A DNA stretch of 64,000 nucleotides from an uncultured bacterium (GTDB taxonomy: Bacteria > Fidelibacterota > Marinisomatia > Marinisomatales > JABMOV01), in NCBI GenBank assembly GCA_964654545.1, contig CAZZIU010000014.1, forward strand, positions 899 to 64,898, read 5' to 3'. Each line of letters begins with the position of its first letter. Position 1 is the first letter of the stretch. The notes below the pieces were generated by a model that had not been told where the DNA came from, did no database searches, and saw only the letters and a program-made list of their open reading frames with translations. Shown here piece after piece: positions 48,175 through 59,032 of this stretch. The translations under genes and the position numbers were made by a program.

Positions 48175-49154
48175 TGAATAACCTCAATTTCCTCATCTTG
48201 GTTGGAATCTTTAAGCGCAGTTACTATGGCTTTTGCCTGATTTCGTATAAATACATTTTCATCCATCAATCCAACTACACGCAAGGTAGGGATCATTGTT
48301 TGGCTCGGATAGCGGGCTAGAATTCCAAGAGCTTCTTGTCTCACTGCCTCATTGCTATCTTCCAGTAATACTTTTTGGCAGGCTTCCAGCAATAATTTTG
48401 ATGGTTCATAGTCTTGTAATAGGCGAGCGGATTTCAACCGTACTCCTGGATTTTCATCCGACAACATTGATGAGATTAGCACCAGCATCGTTTCTTTATG
48501 TGGTTCTAATTCTTTTACCATTTGTACAGCCTTTAAACGATTTCCGGTATTTTCATCATTTAAGAGGAAATAATAGAGTAATTGTTGAACATTTTGATCG
48601 TCTAAACCACCTTTTACCTGCAGATCCTCATTGGTTTGAAAGGCAAATTCGATGGGTGAAGATTTATTGCCGGTCAAGCGCATTTTTGTATTTTCTAATT
48701 GTCCCTGCTTAATGACATCCTGCAGTCTGTTTTCAGAAATATCGGACCGGGAAACCGCTTTATCCGTTACGACCCAACGTCCTACAAAAAATGCAATCAA
48801 CACATAGAATACTACAGCCCAGGCAGGTTGTTTTACGTCAAAAAGTAAATTCAGGATTGAACCACCAAAAGATTTGATCCTCGATTTAAATGGTGACTGC
48901 TTTTTATCCAGGATCTGCTGTTCGATTCGTCCACGAAGCAGGTTTCGTTGTCCTTGAAGATATTCCTCCGTGGGGTGTAATTCACAAAGTGAACTTGCAA
49001 TCGACAATGATGATTGTAATTCAGCTGTGTAGTTTCTTAATTCACCGTTGGTTTCTAACAGTTGTTCAAATGCCCGAAATTCCCTTGAATCAAGGGCCTC
49101 CAGAACATACAAGGTTGCTTGTTCTTTAAGTGTAGTTGTTAGATTATGATTCAT
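48171..49154 (-). CDS. anti-sigma-factor-like single-pass membrane protein with C-terminal HEAT-like repeats
   Basis: Overlaps the sigma-factor gene by 11 nt. One TM helix (AWAVVFYVLIAFFVGRWVV). HEAT-like repeats: ENPGVRLKSARLLQDY, SNEAVRQEALGILARY, ENVFIRNQAKAIV. No zf-HC2 motif seen. Confidence 0.5.
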   Translation of the reverse strand: MNHNLTTTLKEQATLYVLEALDSREFRAFEQLLETNGELRNYTAELQSSLSIASSLCELHPTEEYLQGQRNLLRGRIEQQILDKKQSPFKSRIKSFGGSILNLLFDVKQPAWAVVFYVLIAFFVGRWVVTDKAVSRSDISENRLQDVIKQGQLENTKMRLTGNKSSPIEFAFQTNEDLQVKGGLDDQNVQQLLYYFLLNDENTGNRLKAVQMVKELEPHKETMLVLISSMLSDENPGVRLKSARLLQDYEPSKLLLEACQKVLLEDSNEAVRQEALGILARYPSQTMIPTLRVVGLMDENVFIRNQAKAIVTALKDSNQDEEIEVIQ

Positions 49155-49704
49155 AGCGGTATTCCTTTAGTGCGACGCGCAATTTTTCCATTGCACGAAA
49201 TAAATACTTTTTTACAGTTCCCTCTGAAACGCCCATTATTGCAGAGATGTCTTTTATTTTTAGTCGTTGCAGGTGCTTGAGAATGAAAACAGTACGTTGC
49301 TGTTTTGGTAAAATATTCAAACATTCTTTTATGGCGCTTCGAACCTCATCTCCCGGAATGTCATCGTCGTCTTCAGTTGCAATCCAATTGAGGGGGTCAT
49401 AATCATTTTCCGGCCCTGGATCGACAATATGCATTTTGGAGCGTTTCCGATGATAATTATAAGCCGTATTGACGGTAATGCGGTACAACCAGGTATAAAA
49501 TTCACTCCTGAATTCAAACTGATTGATGTATTTGAATGCTTTGAGAAAAACATCCTGATAGAGATCTTCCGCATCCTTTTCATTTTTTGTCATTTGGTAG
49601 GCTAAAATCATTATTCTTTCATCGTGCATGGCTACAAGTTTATGGAACGCGGTATGATCGCCGCTCTGGGCTTGAAGGATGAGCTGTCTAGTCGTATTAT
49701 CCAC
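49144..49704 (-). CDS. ECF (sigma-24 type) RNA polymerase sigma factor
   Basis: Region 2: DLYQDVFLKAFKYINQF...FYTWLYRITVNTAYNYHRK. Region 4 HTH: IKDISAIMGVSEGTVKKYLFRAMEKLR. Confidence 0.9.
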   Translation of the reverse strand: MDNTTRQLILQAQSGDHTAFHKLVAMHDERIMILAYQMTKNEKDAEDLYQDVFLKAFKYINQFEFRSEFYTWLYRITVNTAYNYHRKRSKMHIVDPGPENDYDPLNWIATEDDDDIPGDEVRSAIKECLNILPKQQRTVFILKHLQRLKIKDISAIMGVSEGTVKKYLFRAMEKLRVALKEYRYES

Positions 49705-49775
49705 GGCTTATCGTGAAATTCTGATGTATGACCTTTGATTAGTCATTAAGTTGTCATAAAGAATAAATTTACAGG

Positions 49776-49817
49776 AAAAAAGATTAGTGAAGGATGCCAT
49801 GTTGTATGGCATCCTTC
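49776..49817 (-). terminator. candidate intrinsic terminator downstream of mdh
   Basis: 12-bp perfect stem GAAGGATGCCAT / ATGGCATCCTTC (49789-49800 / 49806-49817) with a 5-nt loop. On the minus strand a T6 run follows, but after a 7-nt spacer, which is non-canonical. Confidence 0.5.
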
Positions 49818-49825
49818 TGATATAT

Positions 49826-50812
<987 letters not shown>

Positions 50813-50814
50813 TT

Positions 50815-50848
50815 AAAAAATACAAAACCCCACAATGTAGTGGGGTTT
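50815..50848 (-). terminator. intrinsic terminator downstream of rplU-rpmA
   Basis: On the minus strand, AAACCCCAC-tacatt-GTGGGGTTT is followed directly by TGTATTTTTT. It lies 26 nt after the rpmA stop. Confidence 0.7.
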
Positions 50849-50873
50849 AAAAAGATAATGGAATGAGGTGAAG

Positions 50874-51128
50874 TTATGCGGAAACGACGCTAACGATTTT
50901 CCGATCTCTTCCAATTTTTGAAAATTTCACAACACCATCTGTGGTGGCAAACAATGAATCATCGCCTGCACGTTTTACATTGGTGCCAGGATGAATTTTT
51001 GTACCACGTTGTTTTAGTATAATGCCACCAGCCAGTATAGATTGACCATCAGAGACCTTCACACCAAGCCGCTTCGCATTGGAGTCACGGCCATTTCGGG
51101 AACTTCCCTGACCTTTTTTATGTGCCAT
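50874..51128 (-). CDS. rpmA: 50S ribosomal protein L27
   Basis: [24 protein letters not shown]... is the canonical L27 N-terminus. Confidence 0.95.
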   Translation of the reverse strand: MAHKKGQGSSRNGRDSNAKRLGVKVSDGQSILAGGIILKQRGTKIHPGTNVKRAGDDSLFATTDGVVKFSKIGRDRKIVSVVSA

Positions 51129-51130
51129 GG

Positions 51131-51496
51131 TTATTTGTCCTTTTTCGTTTCGGTTTTGGGTTTGGCAGGTGCTTTTTTGGTAGCTGCTTTTTTTATATTA
51201 TCTATTTCCAGTAATGTGAATCCTTGGCGATGACCATTTTTACGTTGATACCCTTTCCGTCTTTTCTTCTTGTAAATGAGTACTTTTCGGTCACGTCCGT
51301 GCTCAAGTATTGTTGCGGTTACGCTAACATTTTTTACAGTAGGATTTCCAATTGATATCTTTTTACCGTCATCAACCAATAATACCGTATCAAAAGATAA
51401 TTTTTTACCAACTTTCTCAATCTGAGTCGGTGCTTTGATCCTGCTACCCTTGGTAACAGAAAACTGTTTTCCACTAATTGTTACGATTGCTTGCAT
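51131..51496 (-). CDS. rplU: 50S ribosomal protein L21 (with a Lys-rich C-terminal tail)
   Basis: The internal ATG at 51496 gives [14 protein letters not shown]..., the canonical L21 start. The tail is [20 protein letters not shown]. Confidence 0.9.
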   Translation of the reverse strand: MQAIVTISGKQFSVTKGSRIKAPTQIEKVGKKLSFDTVLLVDDGKKISIGNPTVKNVSVTATILEHGRDRKVLIYKKKRRKGYQRKNGHRQGFTLLEIDNIKKAATKKAPAKPKTETKKDK

Positions 51497-51522
51497 TTTC
51501 AACTCCAATAAAGCCAACAAAT

Positions 51523-53067
51523 TTAGGATGTTGATTGATGAGGATCAATATCAAGTTCTTCAGTTATATCAACATTGTCTTTAGCACGCACAAACCGGAA
51601 ATCATCCCTCGAAACTTCCGAGTTCGATTGAATTTTGATATGGACAAAATTCTGCCACATTAATCCTCGTAAAACTTTTTTCTTTTGGGATTTAAGATAG
51701 TCTGCATTATCGGGATGAAGGAGAAGTTTTAACCTTAGATTGCGGTGTTTTGATTTGTATCTTCGCAACCAATGGTCTACTCTGGTAACCAGGGTGTCTT
51801 TGGCAATGATATGCCCCGAACCATGACAAGTTGGGCATTCATCAGTCATTGAATCCAGTAAACTAAGTCGAATACGTTGCCGGGTCATCTCAAGCAACCC
51901 AAAATCAGAAATGGGTGATACCGCCACTTTTGCCCGGTCACGCTTCAACTCCTTGCGGATTTCATAATACACCTTGCGCTTGTTTTCCTCTTCACGCATA
52001 TCAATAAAATCGATTACAATCAGTCCGGAAAGATCTCGAAGACGTAACTGCCTGGCAATTTCACGAGCTGCTTCAAGATTAATTTTAAGTGAGTTATCCT
52101 CATGCAGTTTTTTACCAACAAATCGACCGCTGTTCACGTCGACAACCACCATCGCTTCTGTTTTTTCAATAATTAAGTATGCACCACTCTTTAACCAAAC
52201 CTTTGGTCGCATGAGCTTATCAATCTCCGCTTCAATTCCCATACTTTCAAACAGTGGGACTTTTAATCGGTATAATTCGAGTCGGCTGGCCATATTGGGA
52301 GAAACATCTTCCAGGTAGGCCTGGAGCTTCCGAAAAGTTTTTTTGGAATCAATGATAATGTTGCTCACATCCGAAGTGAGCAAATCACGTATTACACTGG
52401 TAGCAGTTTCCAGATCTTCATAGACCAGTGTTGGGGAATCTACTTTTTCGGCTTTTTTCTCTAATTGATTCCAATGCTCACGCAACATTTCATAGTCTTT
52501 TTGAATGTTTTCTTCGCTTTTTCCTTCAGCAACAGTCCTGACTATTAACCCAAATCCTTTATCTTTCAATTTGCTTGCCAATTTCCTAAGACGCCGACGT
52601 TCGTATTTATCCCATATTTTTTTAGATATTCCAATGTAGTTCCCACCAGGAACCAATACCAACAACCTGCCTGGAATCGCAATTTCAGTGGTTACGCGTG
52701 GACCCTTACTGGCAAATGGTTCTTTGATTACCTGAACATAAATATCTTGTCCGGTGTGAAGGTCAACATTGATGTTATCGTGACTATTTGATTTTCCGTT
52801 TGGAACATGATCATCGTCATATTCATCAATAATATAATCAGAATTATGAACCTCGGAAAATGGGAGGAAGGCATTAATATCAAATCCAATGTCTACAAAA
52901 GCCGCCTGCATACCAGGCAATACATTTTCAACTTTTCCTTTGTAGATATTTCCAACCATTCGTTGTTGATCTTGCTTTTCAACATAGACTTCAACTAGAC
53001 GGTCATCTTCAAGAATGGCGATTCGAGATTCGCCCATACTTTCATTTATATAAATTTCTTTTTTCAT
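51523..53067 (-). CDS. rng: ribonuclease G/E family endoribonuclease (Rne/Rng)
   Basis: The internal ATG at 53067 gives MKKEIYINES..RIAILEDDRLVEVYVE. S1 domain: GNIYKGKVENVLPGMQAAFVDIG. Catalytic core: VVDVNSG, IVIDFIDM. Zn-link CPTCHGSG. Confidence 0.85.
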   Translation of the reverse strand: MKKEIYINESMGESRIAILEDDRLVEVYVEKQDQQRMVGNIYKGKVENVLPGMQAAFVDIGFDINAFLPFSEVHNSDYIIDEYDDDHVPNGKSNSHDNINVDLHTGQDIYVQVIKEPFASKGPRVTTEIAIPGRLLVLVPGGNYIGISKKIWDKYERRRLRKLASKLKDKGFGLIVRTVAEGKSEENIQKDYEMLREHWNQLEKKAEKVDSPTLVYEDLETATSVIRDLLTSDVSNIIIDSKKTFRKLQAYLEDVSPNMASRLELYRLKVPLFESMGIEAEIDKLMRPKVWLKSGAYLIIEKTEAMVVVDVNSGRFVGKKLHEDNSLKINLEAAREIARQLRLRDLSGLIVIDFIDMREEENKRKVYYEIRKELKRDRAKVAVSPISDFGLLEMTRQRIRLSLLDSMTDECPTCHGSGHIIAKDTLVTRVDHWLRRYKSKHRNLRLKLLLHPDNADYLKSQKKKVLRGLMWQNFVHIKIQSNSEVSRDDFRFVRAKDNVDITEELDIDPHQSTS

Positions 53068-53112
53068 CGCTATCCCGCATGCGTTGTGCAATCCGAAATC
53101 ATTCGGTATCAC

Positions 53113-53446
53113 GTATTGTTAATAAATGGCGCGGTCTATTGTGTGTAGACGTGCGATTTTACTACTAGCAGGGATTGGATTAAGGTGGGGTAAAAAATGA
53201 AAACTTGATAATGCTCAATTGAGCGGCAAAAATTTTTGTAACGGTCCTTAATCGGCTCTCCGCTAATGCGGAAGATAATTGATCTCAGGCATCTCTCCAA
53301 GTACTAATTATATAGGGTTCTACACGCTTCAACGTCATTTTTCGTCTAACCTGGGGACTTGACCATCTAAAGAAAACGTCATAAAATTGGGTGTCGCGAT
53401 TTGACCATATTGCAACGACATAAAATAAGTGCTAAAAAGGAGTAAC
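53113..53446 (+). promoter_or_regulatory. long divergent intergenic region / candidate structured leader of metH (class unassigned)
   Basis: 372-nt non-coding gap between the divergent rng and metH genes. It contains the perfect 12-bp palindrome GCTCAATTGAGC (53213-53224) and the local hairpin CCGC-taat-GCGG. It ends in an intrinsic terminator just before the metH ATG. Confidence 0.4.
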
Positions 53447-53476
53447 TGCCGGTTTAGCGCCGGCATTTTTGTTTTT
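53447..53476 (+). terminator. intrinsic terminator/attenuator hairpin directly upstream of the metH start
   Basis: TGCCGG-tttagcg-CCGGCA is followed by TTTTTGTTTTT and ends 8 nt before the ATG at 53485. There is no comparable U-tract on the minus strand. Confidence 0.55.
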
Positions 53477-53484
53477 GGGAACCT

Positions 53485-56400
53485 ATGAACATATTTGAAC
53501 ATGAGTTAAATAAACGAATACTGGTATTGGACGGTGCCATGGGCACCATGATACAAGCCGCCAATTTATCTGAAAGCGATTACACTGGAGATTCATTAGC
53601 ACAACATCCAAAATCACTATATGGGAATCATGATTTGTTGTCTATCACCAGACCTGGTGTAATTACGGATATACACAGAGCGTATTTCAATGCAGGTTGC
53701 GATATTGTGGAAACAAACACATTTTCTGCAAACCGTATATCTCAGTCCGATTATGGAATGGAAAACTATTGTTATGAAATGAACCGTTCTTCAGCTACTC
53801 TTGCACGACTAGCTGCTGATGAATTCACCACCAAAGAAAACCCCAAGTTTGTTTGTGGTATCCTTGGGCCAACCAACCGAACGGCATCACTGTCTCCCCA
53901 AATAGAAAATCCAGCCTTTCGAAATGTATCCTTTGACGAATTGGTTTTTGCATACGATGAACAAATACGCGGATTGGTTGACGGAGGTGTAGACCTTCTA
54001 ATGGTGGAAACGATTTTTGATACATTGAATGCAAAGGCTGCACTGTTTGCCATTCAAGAATATTTTAACCATACGGGAAAATCCATTCCCGTGTTGGTAT
54101 CGGTGACAATTACGGATAAAAGCGGAAGGACATTATCTGGACAAACGCTGGAAGCGTTTTGGATATCTATCAAGCACGCGTCGATTACCTGTGTGGGTCT
54201 CAATTGTTCTTTTGGGGCTGATGACCTACGACCTCATTTGGAAGAATTATCAAGGATAGCCCATATGCCGATTAGTATACATCCCAATGCAGGGCTCCCA
54301 AACGAGTTGGGTGAATATGAGGAATCACCTGAATATATGGCTGAAATCATAGAATCTTTTGCAAAAAAAGGGCTGGTAAACATTGTGGGAGGGTGTTGTG
54401 GAACGACCCCGGATCATATTCGATCAATTGTAAAAGCGGTGAACGCCTATTCATCACGTATTATTCCTGATATAGAGCCACAATCCCAATTCAGCGGATT
54501 GGAAGCACTTACAATCAATAAAGATTCACTGTTTGCAAACGTTGGTGAGCGTACAAACATGTCCGGCTCAGCAAAATTCCGTCGATTAATTCGTGATGGA
54601 GACATGGAATCAGCCCTTAATGTAGCGCGGGATCAGATACATGGTGGCGCCCAGTTGATTGATATCAATGTGGACGATGGATTACTGGATGGACCTGCGA
54701 CCATTTCGACCGTTTTGCGCTGGATCGCCTCTGACCCTGAAATTAGTGCGGTCCCGATCATGCTTGATTCCTCAGATTGGAATGTACTGGAAGAAGGATT
54801 AAAGAATATACAGGGAAAACCGATTGTCAACTCGATCAGCCTGAAAGACGGTGAACCTGCATTTTTAGAAAAAGCAAAAAAAGCAAAACAATATGGTGCC
54901 GCCGTTTTGGTCATGGCATTTGATGAGAATGGTCAGGCTGAATCGGTGGAACGAAAAATTGAAATATGCAAAAGGGCACACCAAATATTAACAAAACAAA
55001 TTGGATTCAAAGAATGCGATATTGTATTTGATCCCAACATATTTGCCATCGCAACCGGTATGGACGAACACAATGCATTAGCGAAAAATTATATTGAAGC
55101 CTGTAAAGAAATTAAACAGTATTTCCCACAGGCATTAATCAGCGGAGGTTTGAGCAATCTGTCATTCTCATTTAGAGGGAATGATGCCATAAGAAAGGCA
55201 ATGCATGCCGTTTTTCTGTACCATGCTATCAAAGCGGGCATGGATATGGGAATAGTGAATGCCGGTCAACTTGCCATTTATGATGATATACCTGAATCAT
55301 TGAAAACGACGATTGAGAATGCAATTTTTAACCGATCTTCAGATGCCACGCAAAAACTAATAGAAGAAGCAGAATTGTTAAGGGGCAGGGGTAAAAAAAT
55401 CGAAAAAACTGAAGCATGGCGTGATTTAACCCTGGAAGACAGATTGGCTCATGCGCTGGTAAATGGAATTACAGCGTTTATAGATCAAGATATTGCCGAA
55501 GCCCTGGAACAATACGAAAATCCGGTGGACATTATTCAAGGGCCTTTAATGGATGGAATGAATACGGTGGGGAATCTGTTTGGTGACGGAAAGATGTTTT
55601 TACCGCAAGTAGTCAAAAGTGCACGGGTTATGAAGCAGGCGGTAGCAATATTGACACCGTTCATTGAAGCGCAGGCAGGCTCAGGGATGAGTACTGCGAA
55701 AGCAAAAGTGTTGCTGGCAACAGTGAAGGGTGACGTACATGATATAGGTAAAAACATTGTATCGGTGGTCCTGGGGTGTAACGGGTATGACATCGTTGAT
55801 ATGGGTGTTATGGTTCCCGCTCAGGAAATTATTGCGAAGGCCATAGAGGAAAATGTAGATATAATCGGATTAAGTGGACTCATTACACCATCATTGAAAG
55901 AAATGGTTGTAGTCGCACAGGAAATGGAACTCGCCGGGTTTGATATTCCACTTTTGATCGGTGGAGCAACAACATCTAAAAAACACACTGGAATTAAAAT
56001 ATTACCGGTCTATTCAGGACCGATCATTCATGTTAAAGATGCGTCTCAAAGTGTGCAGGTTATGAATCAACTGACCCAATCGAACTTGAGGAATCCATTT
56101 ATCGAAAACTCCACAAAAGACCTTAAACGTTATCAGGCAGACCATCGAAAAGTGGAGACAATACCTATTGAGGAAGCCAGAAATAATGCCATTTTAATTG
56201 ACTGGGAAAATTATGATCCACCTGCTCCAAAACATCCGGGCATTCAGGAATTCCCGAATATCCCACTTGATTCACTTATCCCTTACATTGATTGGGCTCC
56301 GTTTTTTCATGCATGGGAATTGAAAGGACGCTTTCCTGGCATTTTGAAACACCCCAACTATGGCAAACAGGCCACGGCACTGTATGAAGATGCACAAAAG

Positions 56401-57084
56401 GCACTCCAGCGAATTACCAGGTCAGATGAATGGATACCAAAAGCCGTAACGGGCATTTTCCCTGCGAACTCAAAAGACGATGATATTATTATCGGTAATC
56501 GAAACGTGCCATTTTTACGGCAACAAATTGCACGCGGGATGGATCAACGGAATGCATCTCTAAGCGATTTTATTGCCCCTGCTTCAACCGGCAAATCAGA
56601 TTGGATTGGTGCCTTTGTGGTGTCTGTGTTTAATAATAGTTCGCTTAAGAGTAATGATGATTATAATGACATTTTGATCCAGTCTTTGGCCGATAGACTG
56701 GCTGAAGCGGGTGCCGAATATTTGCATGAAAAAATCCGAAAAGAAATTTGGGGATACGCACCCGATGAATTCCTGGGAAACAAAGAATTAATTAAGGAGA
56801 AATACCGAGGTATTCGTCCGGCACCAGGGTATCCCGCCTGTCCAGACCACACAGGAAAGTTTCATATATTTGACCTATTACAGGCATCGGATAGAATGAG
56901 CGCTACCTTGACAGAATCTGGTGCAATGGATCCCCCAGCTTCTGTGGCTGGGTGGTATTTTTCCCATCCGGATGCAGCCTATTTTTCTATCAGTAAAATC
57001 GGTGAAGATCAGGCTACTGATTATGCAAAAAGGAATGGTTGGGATAACGATGAAAAGGAAAAATGGTTGGGGTCGCTACTGTAA
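53485..57084 (+). CDS. metH: cobalamin-dependent methionine synthase
   Basis: 1199 aa with all four modules: the Hcy-binding domain (GGCCGTTP), the pterin-binding domain, the B12-binding domain ([11 protein letters not shown], the DxHxxG motif) and a C-terminal AdoMet activation domain ([12 protein letters not shown]). Confidence 0.95.
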   Translation: MNIFEHELNKRILVLDGAMGTMIQAANLSESDYTGDSLAQHPKSLYGNHDLLSITRPGVITDIHRAYFNAGCDIVETNTFSANRISQSDYGMENYCYEMNRSSATLARLAADEFTTKENPKFVCGILGPTNRTASLSPQIENPAFRNVSFDELVFAYDEQIRGLVDGGVDLLMVETIFDTLNAKAALFAIQEYFNHTGKSIPVLVSVTITDKSGRTLSGQTLEAFWISIKHASITCVGLNCSFGADDLRPHLEELSRIAHMPISIHPNAGLPNELGEYEESPEYMAEIIESFAKKGLVNIVGGCCGTTPDHIRSIVKAVNAYSSRIIPDIEPQSQFSGLEALTINKDSLFANVGERTNMSGSAKFRRLIRDGDMESALNVARDQIHGGAQLIDINVDDGLLDGPATISTVLRWIASDPEISAVPIMLDSSDWNVLEEGLKNIQGKPIVNSISLKDGEPAFLEKAKKAKQYGAAVLVMAFDENGQAESVERKIEICKRAHQILTKQIGFKECDIVFDPNIFAIATGMDEHNALAKNYIEACKEIKQYFPQALISGGLSNLSFSFRGNDAIRKAMHAVFLYHAIKAGMDMGIVNAGQLAIYDDIPESLKTTIENAIFNRSSDATQKLIEEAELLRGRGKKIEKTEAWRDLTLEDRLAHALVNGITAFIDQDIAEALEQYENPVDIIQGPLMDGMNTVGNLFGDGKMFLPQVVKSARVMKQAVAILTPFIEAQAGSGMSTAKAKVLLATVKGDVHDIGKNIVSVVLGCNGYDIVDMGVMVPAQEIIAKAIEENVDIIGLSGLITPSLKEMVVVAQEMELAGFDIPLLIGGATTSKKHTGIKILPVYSGPIIHVKDASQSVQVMNQLTQSNLRNPFIENSTKDLKRYQADHRKVETIPIEEARNNAILIDWENYDPPAPKHPGIQEFPNIPLDSLIPYIDWAPFFHAWELKGRFPGILKHPNYGKQATALYEDAQKALQRITRSDEWIPKAVTGIFPANSKDDDIIIGNRNVPFLRQQIARGMDQRNASLSDFIAPASTGKSDWIGAFVVSVFNNSSLKSNDDYNDILIQSLADRLAEAGAEYLHEKIRKEIWGYAPDEFLGNKELIKEKYRGIRPAPGYPACPDHTGKFHIFDLLQASDRMSATLTESGAMDPPASVAGWYFSHPDAAYFSISKIGEDQATDYAKRNGWDNDEKEKWLGSLL

Positions 57085-57190
57085 TATTTTAATTATGATT
57101 TGGGTCGCATCTGTATGTTCTTTACTTCCATTACACAAATCACAACCTTTAAACTTAGTACTTCGTCCAATTTCCATTAATTTCGCCCCC

Positions 57191-57979
57191 ATGGATAAGA
57201 TACTTAAAACGGTAATAGATGCGGCTTGGGATGCGGGAACGCTCATATTAAAATATTATAAATCCAGTTATGATATCCGAGATAAGGGCTACCATAACCC
57301 GGTAACAACAGCTGATCACGCCTCAGATGCACAATTAAAAAGATTCTTACGTGAAGCCTATCCTGAATATGGCTGGTTATCAGAAGAGACGGTTGATTCT
57401 CCGGAGCGACTTGATAAAGCACGAGTATGGGTGGTAGACCCACTGGATGGAACAAAAGAATTCATCGAAGGTGTTCCAAATTTTGTCGTGAGTATTGCTT
57501 TGGTAGAGAACGGTCAGCCCATTGTGGGTGTGTTGTTTAATCCTGTTACCCGGGAAACATTCTCTGCGGCTCAGGGGTTGGGAGCCTTTCTAAATGGGTC
57601 CCCAATTCATTGTACTGCAAAAGATAAAACGGAGGAAATGGTAATTTTAAATAGCCGCTCTGAAACACGCCGTGGTTTATGGGAAAACTATAGTAGTTCC
57701 TTTGCGCGCTTGGACGCTGTCGGGAGTGTGGCTTATAAATTGGGATTGACGGCGGCCGGTAAAGCGGACATATTTGCTTCACTACGACCAAAAAATGAAT
57801 GGGACATTTGTGCAGGTCATTGTATCTTGAATGAAGCGGGAGGAATTTTGGTTACATCTGAAGGAAAAGATCTTACTTACAATAATCAAAATACATTGTT
57901 TACACCCGGGCTTGTAGGTGGTGATCCGACGGCAGTTAAAAAAACATTATCCGTGATAGAAAGTAAATCACATGGCTGA
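57191..57979 (+). CDS. inositol monophosphatase family protein (CysQ/SuhB-like phosphatase)
   Basis: I chose the internal ATG at 57191 because the upstream part of the track ORF overlaps metH. Motifs: WLSEE, WVVDPLDGTKEF, EWDICAG. Confidence 0.75.
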   Translation: MDKILKTVIDAAWDAGTLILKYYKSSYDIRDKGYHNPVTTADHASDAQLKRFLREAYPEYGWLSEETVDSPERLDKARVWVVDPLDGTKEFIEGVPNFVVSIALVENGQPIVGVLFNPVTRETFSAAQGLGAFLNGSPIHCTAKDKTEEMVILNSRSETRRGLWENYSSSFARLDAVGSVAYKLGLTAAGKADIFASLRPKNEWDICAGHCILNEAGGILVTSEGKDLTYNNQNTLFTPGLVGGDPTAVKKTLSVIESKSHG

Positions 57980-58937
57980 TACGGCTATACCACAAGATAG
58001 TATTCGTTGTTTGTATAAGGGTTTTGTTCGTCTGGTAGATAGCATGGGTGGGGATGATGCCATCGTTCAAGCTGCCCGCGTCAGTTATGGAAAGGGGACG
58101 AAAAAAGTAACGCAAGACAGGGGCTTGATCCGTTATCTGATGCGTCACAGACATACAACGCCCTTTGAGATGGTAGAGTTTAAATTTCATTGTAAAATGC
58201 CCATATTTGTTGCTCGCCAATGGGTACGGCATCGTACTGCAAATATCAATGAGTACAGTTTACGCTATAGTGAAGCAAGAGACGATTTCTACATTCCCGA
58301 GAAGAAAGATATTCATTTCCAGAGTAAAGTAAACAAGCAAGGTCGGGATATAGAAGACGTCCCGGATGAATTAAAAGAAAAAGTTATTTATTATTTCGAA
58401 GAAATGAGCGCCAAAAGTTTTAAAATATATCAGGAATTGAACGAAGCAGGTATCGCCAGGGAATTGGCACGAGCCATCATACCGGTTAACATTTTTACGG
58501 AATGGTACTGGAAAAATGATCTTCACAATACGCTCCATTTCCTGCATTTGCGGATGGATTCACATGCCCAGTATGAAATTCGGGTTTATGCCAACGCTAT
58601 GGCAGAATTTGTGAATAAAATTGCACCAATAGCTTTTGAAGCATTCACCGATTATGTGGTTAATGGTATGCGGTTTACGGGCACGGAGCGATCCATTTTT
58701 ACACGCAATTTGCCCAATCGTATTATCGATGAGATCCGTGAAGATATTGTTTATAAAATTGTTGCGTCCTTGCATCAAAGCAAACCCAGAGGCGAAGCAG
58801 AATTATATCAATTGTATCAAACAAATGGTGGTAAGGATAGTCAATCCGATTTTGAATTAAAATGGAATTCCGGTGAGGTTGAACCGGGAAATGTCCGTGA
58901 GTTAAGAGAATTCAAGGACAAGCTCGGCTCACTTTGA
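57972..58937 (+). CDS. thyX: FAD-dependent thymidylate synthase
   Basis: ThyX signature: RHRHTTPFEMVEFKFHCKMPIFVARQWVRHRTANINEYSLRYS (RHR...S..RY). There is a ~90-aa C-terminal extension. 8-nt overlap with the upstream gene. Confidence 0.9.
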   Translation: MADTAIPQDSIRCLYKGFVRLVDSMGGDDAIVQAARVSYGKGTKKVTQDRGLIRYLMRHRHTTPFEMVEFKFHCKMPIFVARQWVRHRTANINEYSLRYSEARDDFYIPEKKDIHFQSKVNKQGRDIEDVPDELKEKVIYYFEEMSAKSFKIYQELNEAGIARELARAIIPVNIFTEWYWKNDLHNTLHFLHLRMDSHAQYEIRVYANAMAEFVNKIAPIAFEAFTDYVVNGMRFTGTERSIFTRNLPNRIIDEIREDIVYKIVASLHQSKPRGEAELYQLYQTNGGKDSQSDFELKWNSGEVEPGNVRELREFKDKLGSL

Positions 58938-59020
58938 TAGGGGTCTGATACTTATCGTATTTCTATAATTTCTATTTCCTGGTGGGAGATAGAAACGAAT
59001 TGTTGTTTAATTTGAATTGT

Positions 59021-59027
59021 AAGGAGG
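59021..59027 (+). promoter_or_regulatory. Shine-Dalgarno site (AAGGAGG) for radC
   Basis: AAGGAGG lies 5 nt upstream of the ATG at 59033. This supports the internal start over the GTG at 58982. Confidence 0.65.
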
Positions 59028-59032
59028 TTGAA

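Noticed and set aside
53126-53200. A 24-codon ORF (MARSIVCRRAILLLAGIGLRWGKK) in the rng/metH intergenic region. It could be a leader peptide.
   Set aside because: It has no ribosome-binding site and no Met/Cys-rich regulatory logic. It is far from the terminator hairpin and is probably fortuitous.
53113-53484. Assigning the metH leader to a specific riboswitch class (cobalamin, SAM-I, SAM-II/V or SAH), or to RNase P, tmRNA, SRP or 6S RNA.
   Set aside because: I found no B12 box (GCCACTG-like), no SAM-I core, no GAGGAAAGTCC (RNase P), no tmRNA ends and no SRP GGAAGCAGCC motif. A GCUAAAAAGG stretch vaguely recalls SAM-II tails, but I could not build the pseudoknot.
56921-57190. N-terminal extensions of ORF-track entries. 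Examples: 56921 (overlapping metH), 14676, 22901, 24346, 26249, 32850, 58982, and on the minus strand 45531, 51520 and 53112.
   Set aside because: In each case an internal ATG gives a canonical signal peptide or family N-terminus. These internal starts often have a Shine-Dalgarno site or an ATGA/TAATG junction with the upstream stop. The extended part overlaps the preceding gene or a hairpin.
58944-58995. A weak hairpin, TTTCTAT-(13 nt)-ATAGAAA, after thyX. It is a possible terminator.
   Set aside because: The stem is 7 bp, AT-only, with a 13-nt loop and no U-tract. It overlaps the spurious GTG extension of radC.
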